This document shows positions 1 through 15,800 of a DNA stretch of 64,000 bases, one piece after another. Below the pieces are notes generated by a model. The model was not told the origin of the DNA. It saw nothing but the letters and a program-made list of their open reading frames with translations, and made no database searches. Each line of letters opens with the position of its first letter. The stretch's first letter is position 1. This DNA comes from the human T2T-CHM13v2.0 reference genome, Homo sapiens. The DNA is taken from the NCBI RefSeq assembly GCF_009914755.1, contig NC_060937.1; one strand, given 5' to 3'. The position numbers and the translations under genes were made by a program.

Positions 1-899
1 TAAAGTCTACATAAAATACCAAAGTACCCAAACTGTGTATTATATACTGTCCATAAAATATCAAAGGACCCAAAATATATATCGTAAACTCTACATAAAA
101 TATCAAAGTAGCCAAAATACATATTGTATACTGTACATAAAATATAAAAGTACCCCAAATATGTATTATATACTGTACATAAAATATCAAAGTACCGATA
201 ATACATATTATATACTGTACATAAAATATCAGAGGACCCAAAATAAACATTATATACTGTACATAAAATATCCAAATACTCACAATATATATTACATACT
301 GTACATAAAATATCAAAGTACCCAAATTATGTATTATATATTGTACGTAAAATATCAGAGTACCCAAAATATGCATTATATACTGTACATAAAATATGAA
401 AGTAACAAAACATTTATAATAAACTGTACATAAAATATCAAAGTACTCAAACTATATATCATATACTGTACATAAAATATCAAAGTACCCAAATTGTGTA
501 TTATTATATACTGTATATAAAATATCAAAGTACCTGAAATATATATTGTATACTGTACATAAAATATCAAAGTACCCAAAATATATACTATATACTGTAC
601 ATAAAATATGAAGGTACATCAAATATATATTATGTCCTGTACATAAAATATCAAAGTACACCTATTATATATTGTGTACTGTACATAATATATTAAATCG
701 CCCAAATATATATTGTATACTGTATATAAAATATGAAGGTACTTCAAATATATATTATATGCTGCACATAAAATATCAAAGTACCCAAAGTATGCATTAC
801 ATACTCTACATAAAATATCAAAGTACACATATTATATATTATATAATGTACATAAAATATGAAGGTTCATCAAATATATATTATATTCTGTACATAATA

Positions 900-3800
900 T
901 ATCAAAGTACATCAAATATATATTATATACGGTACATAAAATATCAAAGTACCAAAAATATGTATTATATACTGTACATAAAACATGAAAGTAACCAAAC
1001 ATTTATAATAAACTGTACATTAAATATCAAAGTACTCAATGTACATATTATATACAGTATATAAAATATCAAAGTACACAAACTGTATATTATATACTGT
1101 ACATAATATATCAAAGTACCCAGAATATATAGCATACTGTACATAAAATATCAAAGTACCCAAAATATATATTGTATACTGTACATAAAATATGAAGGTA
1201 CATCAAAGATATATTATATTCTGTACATAAAATATCAAACTACACCAAATATATATTATATGCTGTACATAATATATTAAAGTTGCCCATATATGCATTA
1301 TATACTGTACATAAAATATGAACGTACATCAAATATATAGTATATGCTGCACATAAAATATCAAAGTACCCAAAGTATGTATTATACACTGTACATAAAA
1401 TATCAAAGTACCAAAAGTATATATTACATACTGTAAATAAAATATGAAGGTACGTCAAATATATATTCTATTCTATACATAAAATATCAAAGTACACCAA
1501 GTATATACTATATATTCTGCATAAAATATTAAATTACCCGAAATATGTATTGTATTGTGTACATAAAATATGAAAGTAACCAAACATTTATAATAAACTG
1601 TACATAAAATATCAAAGTACTCAAACTGTATATTATATACTGTACATAAAGTATCAAAGTACCCAAACTGTGTAGTATATACTGTACATAAAATATCAAG
1701 GTACCCAAAATATATATTGTAAACTGTAGATAAAATATCAAAGTACCCAAAATATATATTATATACTGTACATGAAATATGAAGGCACATCCAATATATA
1801 TTATACTCTGTACATAAAATATCAAAGTACACCAAATGTATATTCTATACTGTACATAAAATATCAAAGTACCCAAAGTGTATATTATATACTGTACATA
1901 AAATATGAAGGTTCATCAAATATATTTTATATTCTGCACATAATATATCAAAGTACAGCAAAATATCAAAATACCCAAAATATATATTATATACTGTACA
2001 TAAAATACCAAAGTACCCTAAGTATATATTATATACTGTATAAAAAATATCAAAGTAGCCAAAATATGTATTATACACTGTACATAATATATGAAAGTAC
2101 CCAAACATTTATAATAAACTGTACATAAAATATCAATGTACTCAAACTATATATTATGTGCGGTACATAAGATATCAAAGTACCCATACTATATAGTATA
2201 TACTGTACTTAAAATATCAAAATACCCAAAATATATATTATATACGTTACATAAACTATCAAATACACAAAGTATGTATTATATACTGCACATAAAATAG
2301 CAAAGTTCCCAAAATATGTATTATATACTGTACATAAAATATGAAAGTACCCAACCATTTATAATAAAGTCTACATAAAATACCAAAGTACCCAAACTGT
2401 GTATTATATACTGTCCATAAAATATCAAAGTACCCAAAATATATATTGTAAACTCTACATAAAATATCAAAGTAGCCAAAATACATATTGTATACTGTAC
2501 ATAAAATATAAAAGTACCCCAAATATATATTATATACTGTACATAAAATATCAAAGTACCCATAATACATATTATACACTGTACATAAAATATCAAAGGA
2601 CCCAAAATAAACATTATATACTGTACATAAACTATTCAAATACTCAAAATATATATTACATACTGTACATAAAATATCAAAGTACCCAAATTATGTATTA
2701 TATACTGTATGTAAAATATCAGAGTACCCAAAATATGCATTATATACTGTACATAAAATATGAAAGTAACAAAACATTTATAATAAACTGTACATAAAAT
2801 ATCAAAGTACTCAAACTATATATCATATACTGTACATAAAATATCAAAGTACCCAAACTGTGTATTATTACATACTTTATATAAAATATCAAAGTACCTG
2901 AAATATATATTGTATACTGTACATAAAATATCAAAGTACCCAAAATATATACTATATACTGTACATAAAATATGAAGGTACATCAAATATATATTATATC
3001 CTGTACATAAAATATCAAAGTACTCCTATTATATATTGTGTACTGTACATAATATATTAAATCGCCCAAATATATATTGTATACTGTATATAAAATATGA
3101 AGGTACTTCAAATATATATTATATGCTGCACATAAAATATCAAAGTACCCAAAGTATGCATTACATACTGTACATAAAATATCAAAGTACACAAATTATA
3201 TATTATATTCTGTACATAAAATATGTAGGTTCATCAAATATATTTTATATTCTGTACATAATATATCAAAGTACATCAAATATATATTATATACGGTACA
3301 TAAAATATCAAAGTACCCAAAATATGTACTATTTACTGTACATAAAATATGAAAGTAACCAAACTTTTATAATAAACTGTACATAAAATATCAAAGTACT
3401 CAATCTACATATTATATACAGTATATAAAATATCAAAGTACACAAACTGTATATTATATACTGTACATAATATATCAAAATACCCAGAATATATAGCATA
3501 CTGTACATACAATATCAAAGTACCCAGAATGTATATTGTATACTGTACATAAAATATGAAGGTACATCAAAGATATATTATATTCTGTACATAAAATATC
3601 AAAGTACACCAAATATATATTATATGCTGTACATAATATATTAAAGTTGCCCATGTATACATTTTATACTGTACATAAAATATGAAGGTACATCAAATAT
3701 ATAGTATATGCTGCACATAAAATATCAAAGTACCCAAAGTATGTATTATATACTGTACATAAAATATCAAAGTACCAAAAGTATATATTACCTACTGTAA

Positions 3801-6800
3801 ATAAAATATGAAGATACCTCAAATATATATTATATTCTGTACATGAAATATCAAAGTACACCAAGTATATACTATATACTCTACATAAAATATTAAATTA
3901 CCCAAAATATGTATTGTATTGTGTACATAAAATATGAAAGTAACCAAACATTTATAATAAACTGTACATAAAATATCAAAGTACTCAAACTTTATATTAT
4001 ATACTGTACATAAAGTATCAAAGTACCCAAACTGTGTAGTATATACTGTACATAAAATATCAAGGTACCCAAAATGTATATTGTAAACTGTAGATAAAAT
4101 ATCAAAGTACCCAAAATATATATTATATACTGTACATAAAATATGAAGGCACATCCAATATATATTATATTCTGTACATAAAATATCAAAGTACACCAAA
4201 TGTATATTATATACTGTACATAAAATATAAAACTACCCCAAATATATCTTATATACTCTACATAAAATATCAAAGTACCCAAAATATATATTATATACTG
4301 TACATAATATATCAAAGTACCCATAGTATGTATTATATCCTGTACATAAAATATGAAGGTACGTCAAATATATATTCTATTCTGCACATAAAATATCATA
4401 TTGCACCAAATATATATTGTATACTGTATATAAAATATGAAGGTACTTCAAATATATATTATATGCTGCACATAAAATATCAAAGTACCCAAAGTATGCA
4501 TTATATACTGTACATAAAATATCAAAGTACCCAAAGTGTATATTATATACTGTACATAAAATATGAAGGTTCATCAAATATATTTTATATTCTGCACATA
4601 ATATATCAAAGTACAGCAAATATATATTATATACTGTACATAAAATAACAAAGTAACAAAAATATGTATTATATACTGTACATAAAATATGAAAGTAACC
4701 AAATATTTATAATAAACTGTATATAAAATATCAAAGTACTCAAACTACATATTATATACAGTATATAAAATATCAAAGTACCCAAACTATATATTATATA
4801 CTGTACATACTATATCAAAGTACCCGAATATATAGCATACTGTACATAAAATATCAAAGTACCCAAAATATATATTGTATACTGTACATAAAATATGAAG
4901 GTACATCAAAGATATATTATATTCTGTACATAAAATATCAAAGTACACCAAATATATATTATATGCTGTACAGAATATATTAAAGTCGACCAAATGTATA
5001 TTATATACTGTCCATAAAATATGAAGGTACATCAAATATATATTATATGCTGCACATAAAATATCAAAGTACCCAAAGTATGTGTTATATACTGTACATA
5101 AAATATCAAAGTACCCAAAGTATATATTATATACTGTACATAAAATATAAAATACCCCAAATATATATTATATCCAGTACATAAAATATCAAAGTACCCA
5201 AAATATATATTGTAAACTGTACATAAAATATCAAAGTAGCCAAAATATATATTGTATACTGTACATAAAATATAAAAGTACCCCAAATATGTATTATATA
5301 CTGTACATAAAATATCAAAGTACCGATAATACATATTATATACTGTACATAAAATATCAAAGGACCCAAAATAAACATTATATACTGTACATAAAATATC
5401 CAAATACTCAAAATATATATTACATACTGTACATAAAATATCAAAGTACCCAAATTATGTATTATATACTGTACATAAAATATCAGAGTACCCAAAATAT
5501 GCATTATATACTGTACATAAAATATGAAAGTAACAAAACATTTATAATAAACTGTACATAAAATATCAAAGTACTCAAACTATATATCATATACTGTACA
5601 TAAAATATCAAAGTACCCAAACTGTGTATTATTATATACTGTATATAAAATATCAAAGTACCTGAAATATATATTGTATACTGTACATAAAATATCAAAG
5701 TACCCAAAATATATACTATATACTGTACATAAAATATGAAGGTACATAAATATATATTATATCCTGTACATAAAATATCAAAGTACACCTATTATATATT
5801 GTGTACTGTACATAATATATTAAATCGCCCAAATATATATTGTATACTGTATATAAAATATGAAGGTACTTCAAATATATATTATATGCTGCACATAAAA
5901 TATCAAAGTACCCAAGGTATGCATTACATACTGTACATAAAATATCAAAGTACACATATTATATATTATATAATATACATAAAATATGAAGGTTCATCAA
6001 ATATATATTATATTCTGTACATAATATATCAAAGTACATCAAATATATATTATATACTGTACATAAAATATCAAAGTACCAAAAATATGTATTATATACT
6101 GTACATAAAATATGAAAGTAACCAAACATTTATAATATACTGTACATAAAATATCAAAGTACTCAGTCTACATATTATATACAGTATATAAAATATCAAA
6201 GTACACACACTGTATATTATATACTGTACATAATATATCAAAGTACCCAGAATATATAGCATACTGTACATAAAATATCAAAGTACCCGAAATATATATG
6301 GTATACTGTACATAAAATATGAAGGTACATCAAAGATATATTATATTCTGTACATAAAATATCAAACTACACCAAATATATATTATATGCTGTACATAAT
6401 ATATTAAAGTTGCCCAAATATACATTCTATACTGTACATAAAATATGAACGTACATCAAATATATAGTATATGCTGCACATAAAATATCAAAGTACCCAA
6501 AGTATGTATTATACACTGTACATAAAATATCAAAGTACCAAAAGTATATATTACATACTGTAAATAAAATATGAAGGTACCTCAAATATATATTATGTTC
6601 TGTACATAAAATATCAAAGTACACCAAGTATATACTATATACTCTGCATAAAATATTAAATTACCCACAATATGTATTGTATTGTGTACATAAAATATGA
6701 AAGTAACCAAACATTTATAATAAACTGTACATAAAATATCAAAGTACTCAAACTGTATATGATATACTGTACATAAAGTATCAAAGTACCCAAACTGTCT

Positions 6801-9800
6801 AGTATATTCTGTACATAAAATATCAAGGTACCCAAAATATATATTGTAAACTGTAGATAAAATATCAAAGTACCCAAAATATATATTATATACTGTACAT
6901 AAAATATGAAGGCACATCCAATATATATTATATTCTGTACATAAAATATCAAAGTACACCAAATGTATATTATATACTGTACATAAAATATCAAAGTACC
7001 CAAAGTGTATATTATATACTGTACATAAAATATGAAGGTTCATCAAATATATTTTATATTCTGCACATAATATATCAAAGTACAGCAAATATATATTATA
7101 TACTGTACATAAAATATCAAAGTACCCAAAATATGTATTATATACTGTACATAAAATATGAAAGTAACCAAACATTTATAATAAACTGTACATAAAGTAT
7201 CAAACTACTCAAACTACATATTATATACAGTATATAAAACGTCAAAGTACCCAAACTGTATATTATATACTGTACATAATATATCAAAGTACCCAAATAT
7301 ATAGCATACTGTACATAAAATATCAAAGTACCCAAAATATATATTATATACTGTACATAAAATATCAAAATACCCAAAATATATATTATATACTGTACAT
7401 AAATTACCAAAGTACCCAAAGTATATATTATGTACCGTACAAAAAATATCAAAGTAGCCAAAATATGTATTATACACTGTACTTAATATATGAAAGTACC
7501 CAAACATTTATAATAAACTGTAAATAAAATATCAATGTACTCAAACTATATATTATGTGCGGTACATAAGATATCAAAGTACCCATGCCATATAGTATAT
7601 ACTGTACTTAAAATATCAAAATACCCAAAATATATATTATATACGTTACATAAACTATCAAATACACAAAGTATGTATTATATACTGTACATAAAATAGC
7701 AAAGTTCCCAAAATATGTATTATATACTGTACATAAAATATGAAAGTACCCAACCATTTATAATAAACTCTACATAAAATACCAAAGTACCCAAACTGTG
7801 TATTATATACTGTCCATAAAATATCAAAGGACCCAAAATATATATTGTAAACTCTACATAAAATATCAAAGTAGCCAAAATACATATTGTATACTGTACA
7901 TAAAATATAAAAGTACCCCAAATATATATTATATACTGTACATAAAATATCAAAGTACCCATAATACATATTATATACTGTACATAAAATATCAAAGGAC
8001 CCAAAATAAACATTATATACTGTACATAAAATATCCAAATACTCAAAATATATATTACATACTGTACATAAAATATCAAAGTACCCAAATTATGTATTAT
8101 ATACTGTACGTAAAATATCAGAGTACCCAAAATATGCATTATATACTGTACATAAAATATGAAGGTACATGAAATATATAGTATATGCTGCACATAAAAT
8201 ATCAAAGTACCCAAAGTATGTATTATATACTGTACATAAAATATCAAAGTACCAAAAGTATATATTACCTACTGTAAATAAAATATGAAGATACCTCAAA
8301 TATATATTATATTCTGTACATAAAATATCAAAGTACACCAAGTATATACTATATACTCTACATAAAATATTAAATTACCCAAAATATGTATTGTATTGTG
8401 TACATAAAATATGAAAGTAACCAAACATTTATAATAAACTGTACATAAAATATCAAAGTACTCAAACTTTATATTATATACTGTACATAAAGTATCAAAG
8501 TACCCAAACTGTGTAGTATATACTGTACATAAAATATCAAGGTACCCAAAATGTATATTGTAAACTGTAGATAAAATATCAAAGTACCCAAAATATATAT
8601 TATATACTGTACATAAAATATGAAGGCACATCCAATATATATTATATTCTGTACATAAAATATCAAAGTACACCAAATGTATATTATATACTGTACATAA
8701 AATATAAAACTACCCCAAATATATCTTATATACTCTACATAAAATATCAAAGTACCCAAAATATATATTATATACTGTACATAAAATATCAAAGTACCCA
8801 TAGTATGTATTATATCCTGTACATAAAATATGAAGGTACATCAAATATATATTCTATTCTGCACATAAAATATCATATTGCACCAAATATATATTGTATA
8901 CTGTATATAAAATATGAAGGTACTTCAAATATATATTATATGCTGCACATAAAATATCAAAGTACCCAAAGTATGCATTATATACTGTACATAAAATATC
9001 AAAGTACCCAAAGTGTATATTATATACTGTACATAAAATATGAAGGTTCATCAAATATATTTTATATTCTGCACATAATATATCAAAGTACAGCAAATAT
9101 ATATTATATATTGTACATAAAATAACAAAGTACCAAAAATATGTATTATATACTGTACATAAAATATGAAAGTAACCAAATATTTATAATAAACTGTATA
9201 TAAAATATCAAAGTACTCAAACTACATATTATATACAGTATATAAAATATCAAAGTACCCAAACTATATATTATATACTGTACATACTATATCAAAGTTC
9301 CCAAATATATAGCATACTGTCCATAAAATATCGAAGTACCCAAAATATATATTGTATACTGTACATAAAATATGAAGGTACATCAAAGATATATTATATC
9401 CTGTACATAAAATATCAAAGTACACCAAATATATATTATATGCTGTACATAATATATTAAAGTCGACCAAATATATATTATATACTGTACATAAAATATG
9501 AAGGTACCTCAACTATATATTATATGCTGCACATAAAATATCAAAGTACCCAAAGTATGTATTATATACTGTACATAAAATATCAAAGTACCCAAAGTAC
9601 ATATTATATACTGTACATAAAATATAAAATACCCCAAATATATATTAAATGCTGTACATAAAATATCAAAGTACACAAAATATGTATTATGTACTGTACA
9701 TACAATATAAAGGACCCAAAATATATACTATATACTGTACATAAAATATCAAAATACCCAAAATATATATTATATACTGTACATAAAGTACCAAAGTACC

Positions 9801-12800
9801 CAAAGTATATATTATATACCGTACAAAAAATATCAAAGTAGCCAAAATATGTATTATACACTGTACATAATATATGAAAGTACCCAAACATTTATAATAA
9901 ACTGTACATAAAATATCAATGTACTCAAACTATGTATTATGTGCGGTACATAACATATCAAAGTACCCATACTATATAGTATGTACTGTACTTAAAATAT
10001 CAAAATACCCAAAATATATATTATATACGTTACATAAACTATCAAATACACAAAGTATGTATTATATACTGCACATAAAATAGCAAAGTTCCCAAAATAT
10101 GTATTATATACTGTACATAAAATATGAAAGTACCCAACCATTTATAATAAACTCTACATAAAATACCAAAGTACCCAAACTGTGTATTATATACTGTCCA
10201 TAAAATATCAAAGTACCCAAAATATATATTGTAAACTGTACATAAAATATCAAAGTAGCCAAAATACATATTGTATACTGTACATAAAATATGAAAGTAC
10301 CCCAAATATGTATTATATACTGTACATAAAATATCAAAGTACCCATAATACATATTATATACTGTACATAAAATATCAAAGGACCCAAAATAAACATTAT
10401 ATACTGTACATAAAATATCCAAATACTCAAAATATATATTACGTACTGTACATAAAATATCAAAGTAACCAAATTATGTATTATATACTGTACGTAAAAT
10501 ATCAGAGTACCCAAAATATGCGTTATATACTGTACATAAAATATGAAAGTAACAAAACATTTATAATAAACTGTACATAAAATATCAAAGTACTCAAACT
10601 ATATATCATATACTGTACATAAAATATCAAAGTACCCAAACTGTGTATTATTATATACTGTATATAAAATATCAAAGTACCTGAAATATATACTGTATAC
10701 TGTACATAAAATATCAAAGTACCCAAAATATATACTATATACTGTACATAAAATATGAAGGTACATCAAATATATATTATATCCTGTACATAAAATATCA
10801 AAGTACACCTATTATATATTGTGTACTGTACATAATATATTAAATCGCCCAAATATATATTGTATACTGTATATAAAATATGAAGGTACTTCAAATATAT
10901 ATTATATGCTGCACATAAAATATCAAAGTACCCAAAGTATGCATTACATACTGTACATAAAATATCAAAGTACACATATTATCTATTATATAATGTACAT
11001 AAAATATGAAGGTTCATCAAATATATATTATATTCTGTACATAATATATCAAAGTACATCAAATATATATTATATACTGTACATAAAATATCAAACTACC
11101 AAAAATATGTATTATATACTGTACATAAAACATGAAAGTAACCAAACATTTATAATAAACTGTACATAAAATATCAAAGTACTCAATCTACATATTATAT
11201 ACAGTATATAAAATATCAAAGTACACAAACTGTATATTATACACTGTACATAATATATCAAAGTACCCAGAATATATAGCATACTGTACATAAAATATCA
11301 AAGTACCCAAAATATATATTGTATACTGTACATAAAATATGAAGGTACATCAAAGATATATTATATTCTGTACATAAAATATCAAACTACACCAAATATA
11401 TATTATATGCTGTACATAATATATTTAAGTTGCCCATATATACATTATATACTGTACATAAAATATGAACGTACATCAAATATATAGTATATGCTGCACA
11501 TAAAATATCAAAGTACCCAAAGTATGTATTATATACTGTACATAAAATATCAAAGTACCAAAAGTATATATTACCTACTGTAAATAAAATATGAAGATAC
11601 CTCAAATATATATTATATTCTGTACATAAAATATCAAAGTACACCAAGTATATACTATATACTCTACATAAAATATTAAATTACCCAAAATATGTATTGT
11701 ATTGTGTACATAAAATATGAAAGTAACCAAACATTTATAATAAACTGTACATAAAATATCAAAGTACTCAAACTTTATATTATATACTGTACATAAAGTA
11801 TCAAAGTACCCAAACTGTGTAGTATATACTGTACATAAAATATCAAGGTACCCAAAATGTATATTGTAAACTGTAGATAAAATATCAAAGTACCCAAAAT
11901 ATATATTATATACTGTACATAAAATATGAAGGCACATCCAATATATATTATATTCTGTACATAAAATATCAAAGTACACCAAATGTATATTATATACTGT
12001 ACATAAAATATAAAACTACCCCAAATATATCTTATATACTCTACATAAAATATCAAAGTACCCAAAATATATATTATATACTGTACATAAAATATCAAAG
12101 TACCCATAGTATGTATTATATCCTGTACATAAAATATGAAGGTACATCAAATATATATTCTATTCTGCACATAAAATATCATATTGCACCAAATATATAT
12201 TGTATACTGTATATAAAATATGAAGGTACTTCAAATATATATTATATGCTGCACATAAAATATCAAAGTACCCAAAGTATGCATTATATACTGTACATAA
12301 AATATCAAAGTACCCAAAGTGTATATTATATACTGTACATAAAATATGAAGGTTCATCAAATATATTTTATATTCTGCACATAATATATCAAAGTACAGC
12401 AAATATATATTATATATTGTACATAAAATAACAAAGTACCAAAAATATGTATTATATACTGTACATAAAATATGAAAGTAACCAAATATTTATAATAAAC
12501 TGTATATAAAATATCAAAGTACTCAAACTACATATTATATACAGTATATAAAATATCAAAGTACCCAAACTATATATTATATACTGTACATACTATATCA
12601 AAGTACCCAAATATATAGCATACTGTCCATAAAATATCAAAGTACCCAAAATATATATTGTATACTGTACATAAAATATGAAGGTACATCAAAGATATAT
12701 TATATCCTGTACATAAAATATCAAAGTACACCAAATATATATTATATGCTGTACATAATATATTAAAGTCGACCAAATATATATTATATACTGTACATAA

Positions 12801-15800
12801 AATATGAAGGTACCTCAACTATATATTATATGCTGCACATAAAATATCAAAGTACCCAAAGTATGTATTATATACTGTACATAAAATATCAAAGTACCCA
12901 AAGTATATATTATATACTGTACATAAAATATAAAATACCCCAAATATATATTATATGCTGTACATAAAATATCAAAGTACACAAAATATGTATTATGTAC
13001 TGTACATACAATATAAAGGACCCAAAATATATACTATATACTGTACATAAAATATCAAAATACCCAAAATATATATTATATACTGTACATAAAGTACCAA
13101 AGTACCCAAAGTATATATTATATACCGTACAAAAAATATCAAAGTAGCCAAAATATGTATTATACACTGTACATAATATATGAAAGTACCCAAACATTTA
13201 TAATAAACTGTACATAAAATATCAATGTACTCAAACTATGTATTATGTGCGGTACATAACATATCAAAGTACCCATACTATATAGTATGTACTGTACTTA
13301 AAATATCAAAATACCCAAAATATATATTATATACGTTACATAAACTATCAAATACACAAAGTATGTATTATATACTGCACATAAAATAGCAAAGTTCCCA
13401 AAATATGTATTATATACTGTACATAAAATATGAAAGTACCCAACCATTTATAATAAACTCTACATAAAATACCAAAGTACCCAAACTGTGTATTATATAC
13501 TGTCCATAAAATATCAAAGTACCCAAAATATATATTGTAAACTGTACATAAAATATCAAAGTAGCCAAAATACATATTGTATACTGTACATAAAATATGA
13601 AAGTACCCCAAATATGTATTATATACTGTACATAAAATATCAAAGTACCCATAATACATATTATATACTGTACACAAAATATCAAAGGACCCAAAATAAA
13701 CATTATATACTGTACATAAAATATCCAAATACTCAAAATATATATTATGTACTGTACATAAAATATCAAAGTAACCAAATTATGTATTATATACTGTACG
13801 TAAAATATCAGAGTACCCAAAATATGCGTTATATACTGTACATAAAATATGAAAGTAACAAAACATTTATAATAAACTGTACATAAAATATCAAAGTACT
13901 CAAACTATATATCATATACTGTACATAAAATATCAAAGTACCCAAACTGTGTATTATTATATACTGTATATAAAATATCAAAGTACCTGAAATATATACT
14001 GTATACTGTACATAAAATATCAAAGTACCCAAAATATATACTATATACTGTACATAAAATATGAAGGTACATCAAATATATATTATATCCTGTACATAAA
14101 ATATCAAAGTACACCTATTATATATTGTGTACTGTACATAATATATTAAATCGCCCAAATATATATTGTATACTGTATATAAAATATGAAGGTACTTCAA
14201 ATATATATTATATGCTGCACATAAAATATCAAAGTACCCAAAGTATGCATTACATACTGTACATAAAATATCAAAGTACACATATTATCTATTATATAAT
14301 GTACATAAAATATGAAGGTTCATCAAATATATATTATATTCTGTACATAATATATCAAAGTACATCAAATATATATTATATACGGTACATAAAATATCAA
14401 AGTACCAAAAATATGTATTATATACTGTACATAAAACATGAAAGTAACCAAACATTTATAATAAACTGTACATTAAATATCAAAGTACTCAATGTACATA
14501 TTATATACAGTATATAAAATATCAAAGTACACAAACTGTATATTATATACTGTACATAATATATCAAAGTACCCAGAATATATAGCATACTGTACATAAA
14601 ATATCAAAGTACCCAAAATATATATTGTATACTGTACATAAAATATGAAGGTACATCAAAGATATATTATATTCTGTACATAAAATATCAAACTACACCA
14701 AATATATATTATATGCTGTACATAATATATTAAAGTTGCCCATATATGCATTATATACTGTACATAAAATATGAACGTACATCAAATATATAGTATATGC
14801 TGCACATAAAATATCAAAGTACCCAAAGTATGTATTATACACTGTACATAAAATATCAAAGTACCAAAAGTATATATTACATACTGTAAATAAAATATGA
14901 AGGTACGTCAAATATATATTCTATTCTATACATAAAATATCAAAGTACACCAAGTATATACTATATATTCTGCATAAAATATTAAATTACCCGAAATATG
15001 TATTGTATTGTGTACATAAAATATGAAAGTAACCAAACATTTATAATAAACTGTACATAAAATATCAAAGTACTCAAACTGTATATGATATACTGTACAT
15101 AAAGTATCAAAGTACCCAAACTGTGTAGTATATACTGTACATAAAATATCAAGGTACCCAAAATATATATTGTAAACTGTAGATAAAATATCAAAGTACC
15201 CAAAATATATATTATATACTGTACATGAAATATGAAGGCACATCCAATATATATTATACTCTGTACATAAAATATCAAAGTACACCAAATGTATATTCTA
15301 TACTGTACATAAAATATCAAAGTACCCAAAGTGTATATTATATACTGTACATAAAATATGAAGGTTCATCAAATATATTTTATATTCTGCACATAATATA
15401 TCAAAGTACAGCAAAATATCAAAATACCCAAAATATATATTATATACTGTACATAAAATACCAAAGTACCCTAAGTATATATTATATACTGTATAAAAAA
15501 TATCAAAGTAGCCAAAATATGTATTATACACTGTACATAATATATGAAAGTACCCAAACATTTATAATAAACTGTACATAAAATATCAATGTACTCAAAC
15601 TATATATTATGTGCGGTACATAAGATATCAAAGTACCCATACTATATAGTATATACTGTACTTAAAATATCAAAATACCCAAAATATATATTATATACGT
15701 TACATAAACTATCAAATACACAAAGTATGTATTATATACTGCACATAAAATAGCAAAGTTCCCAAAATATGTATTATATACTGTACATAAAATATGAAAG

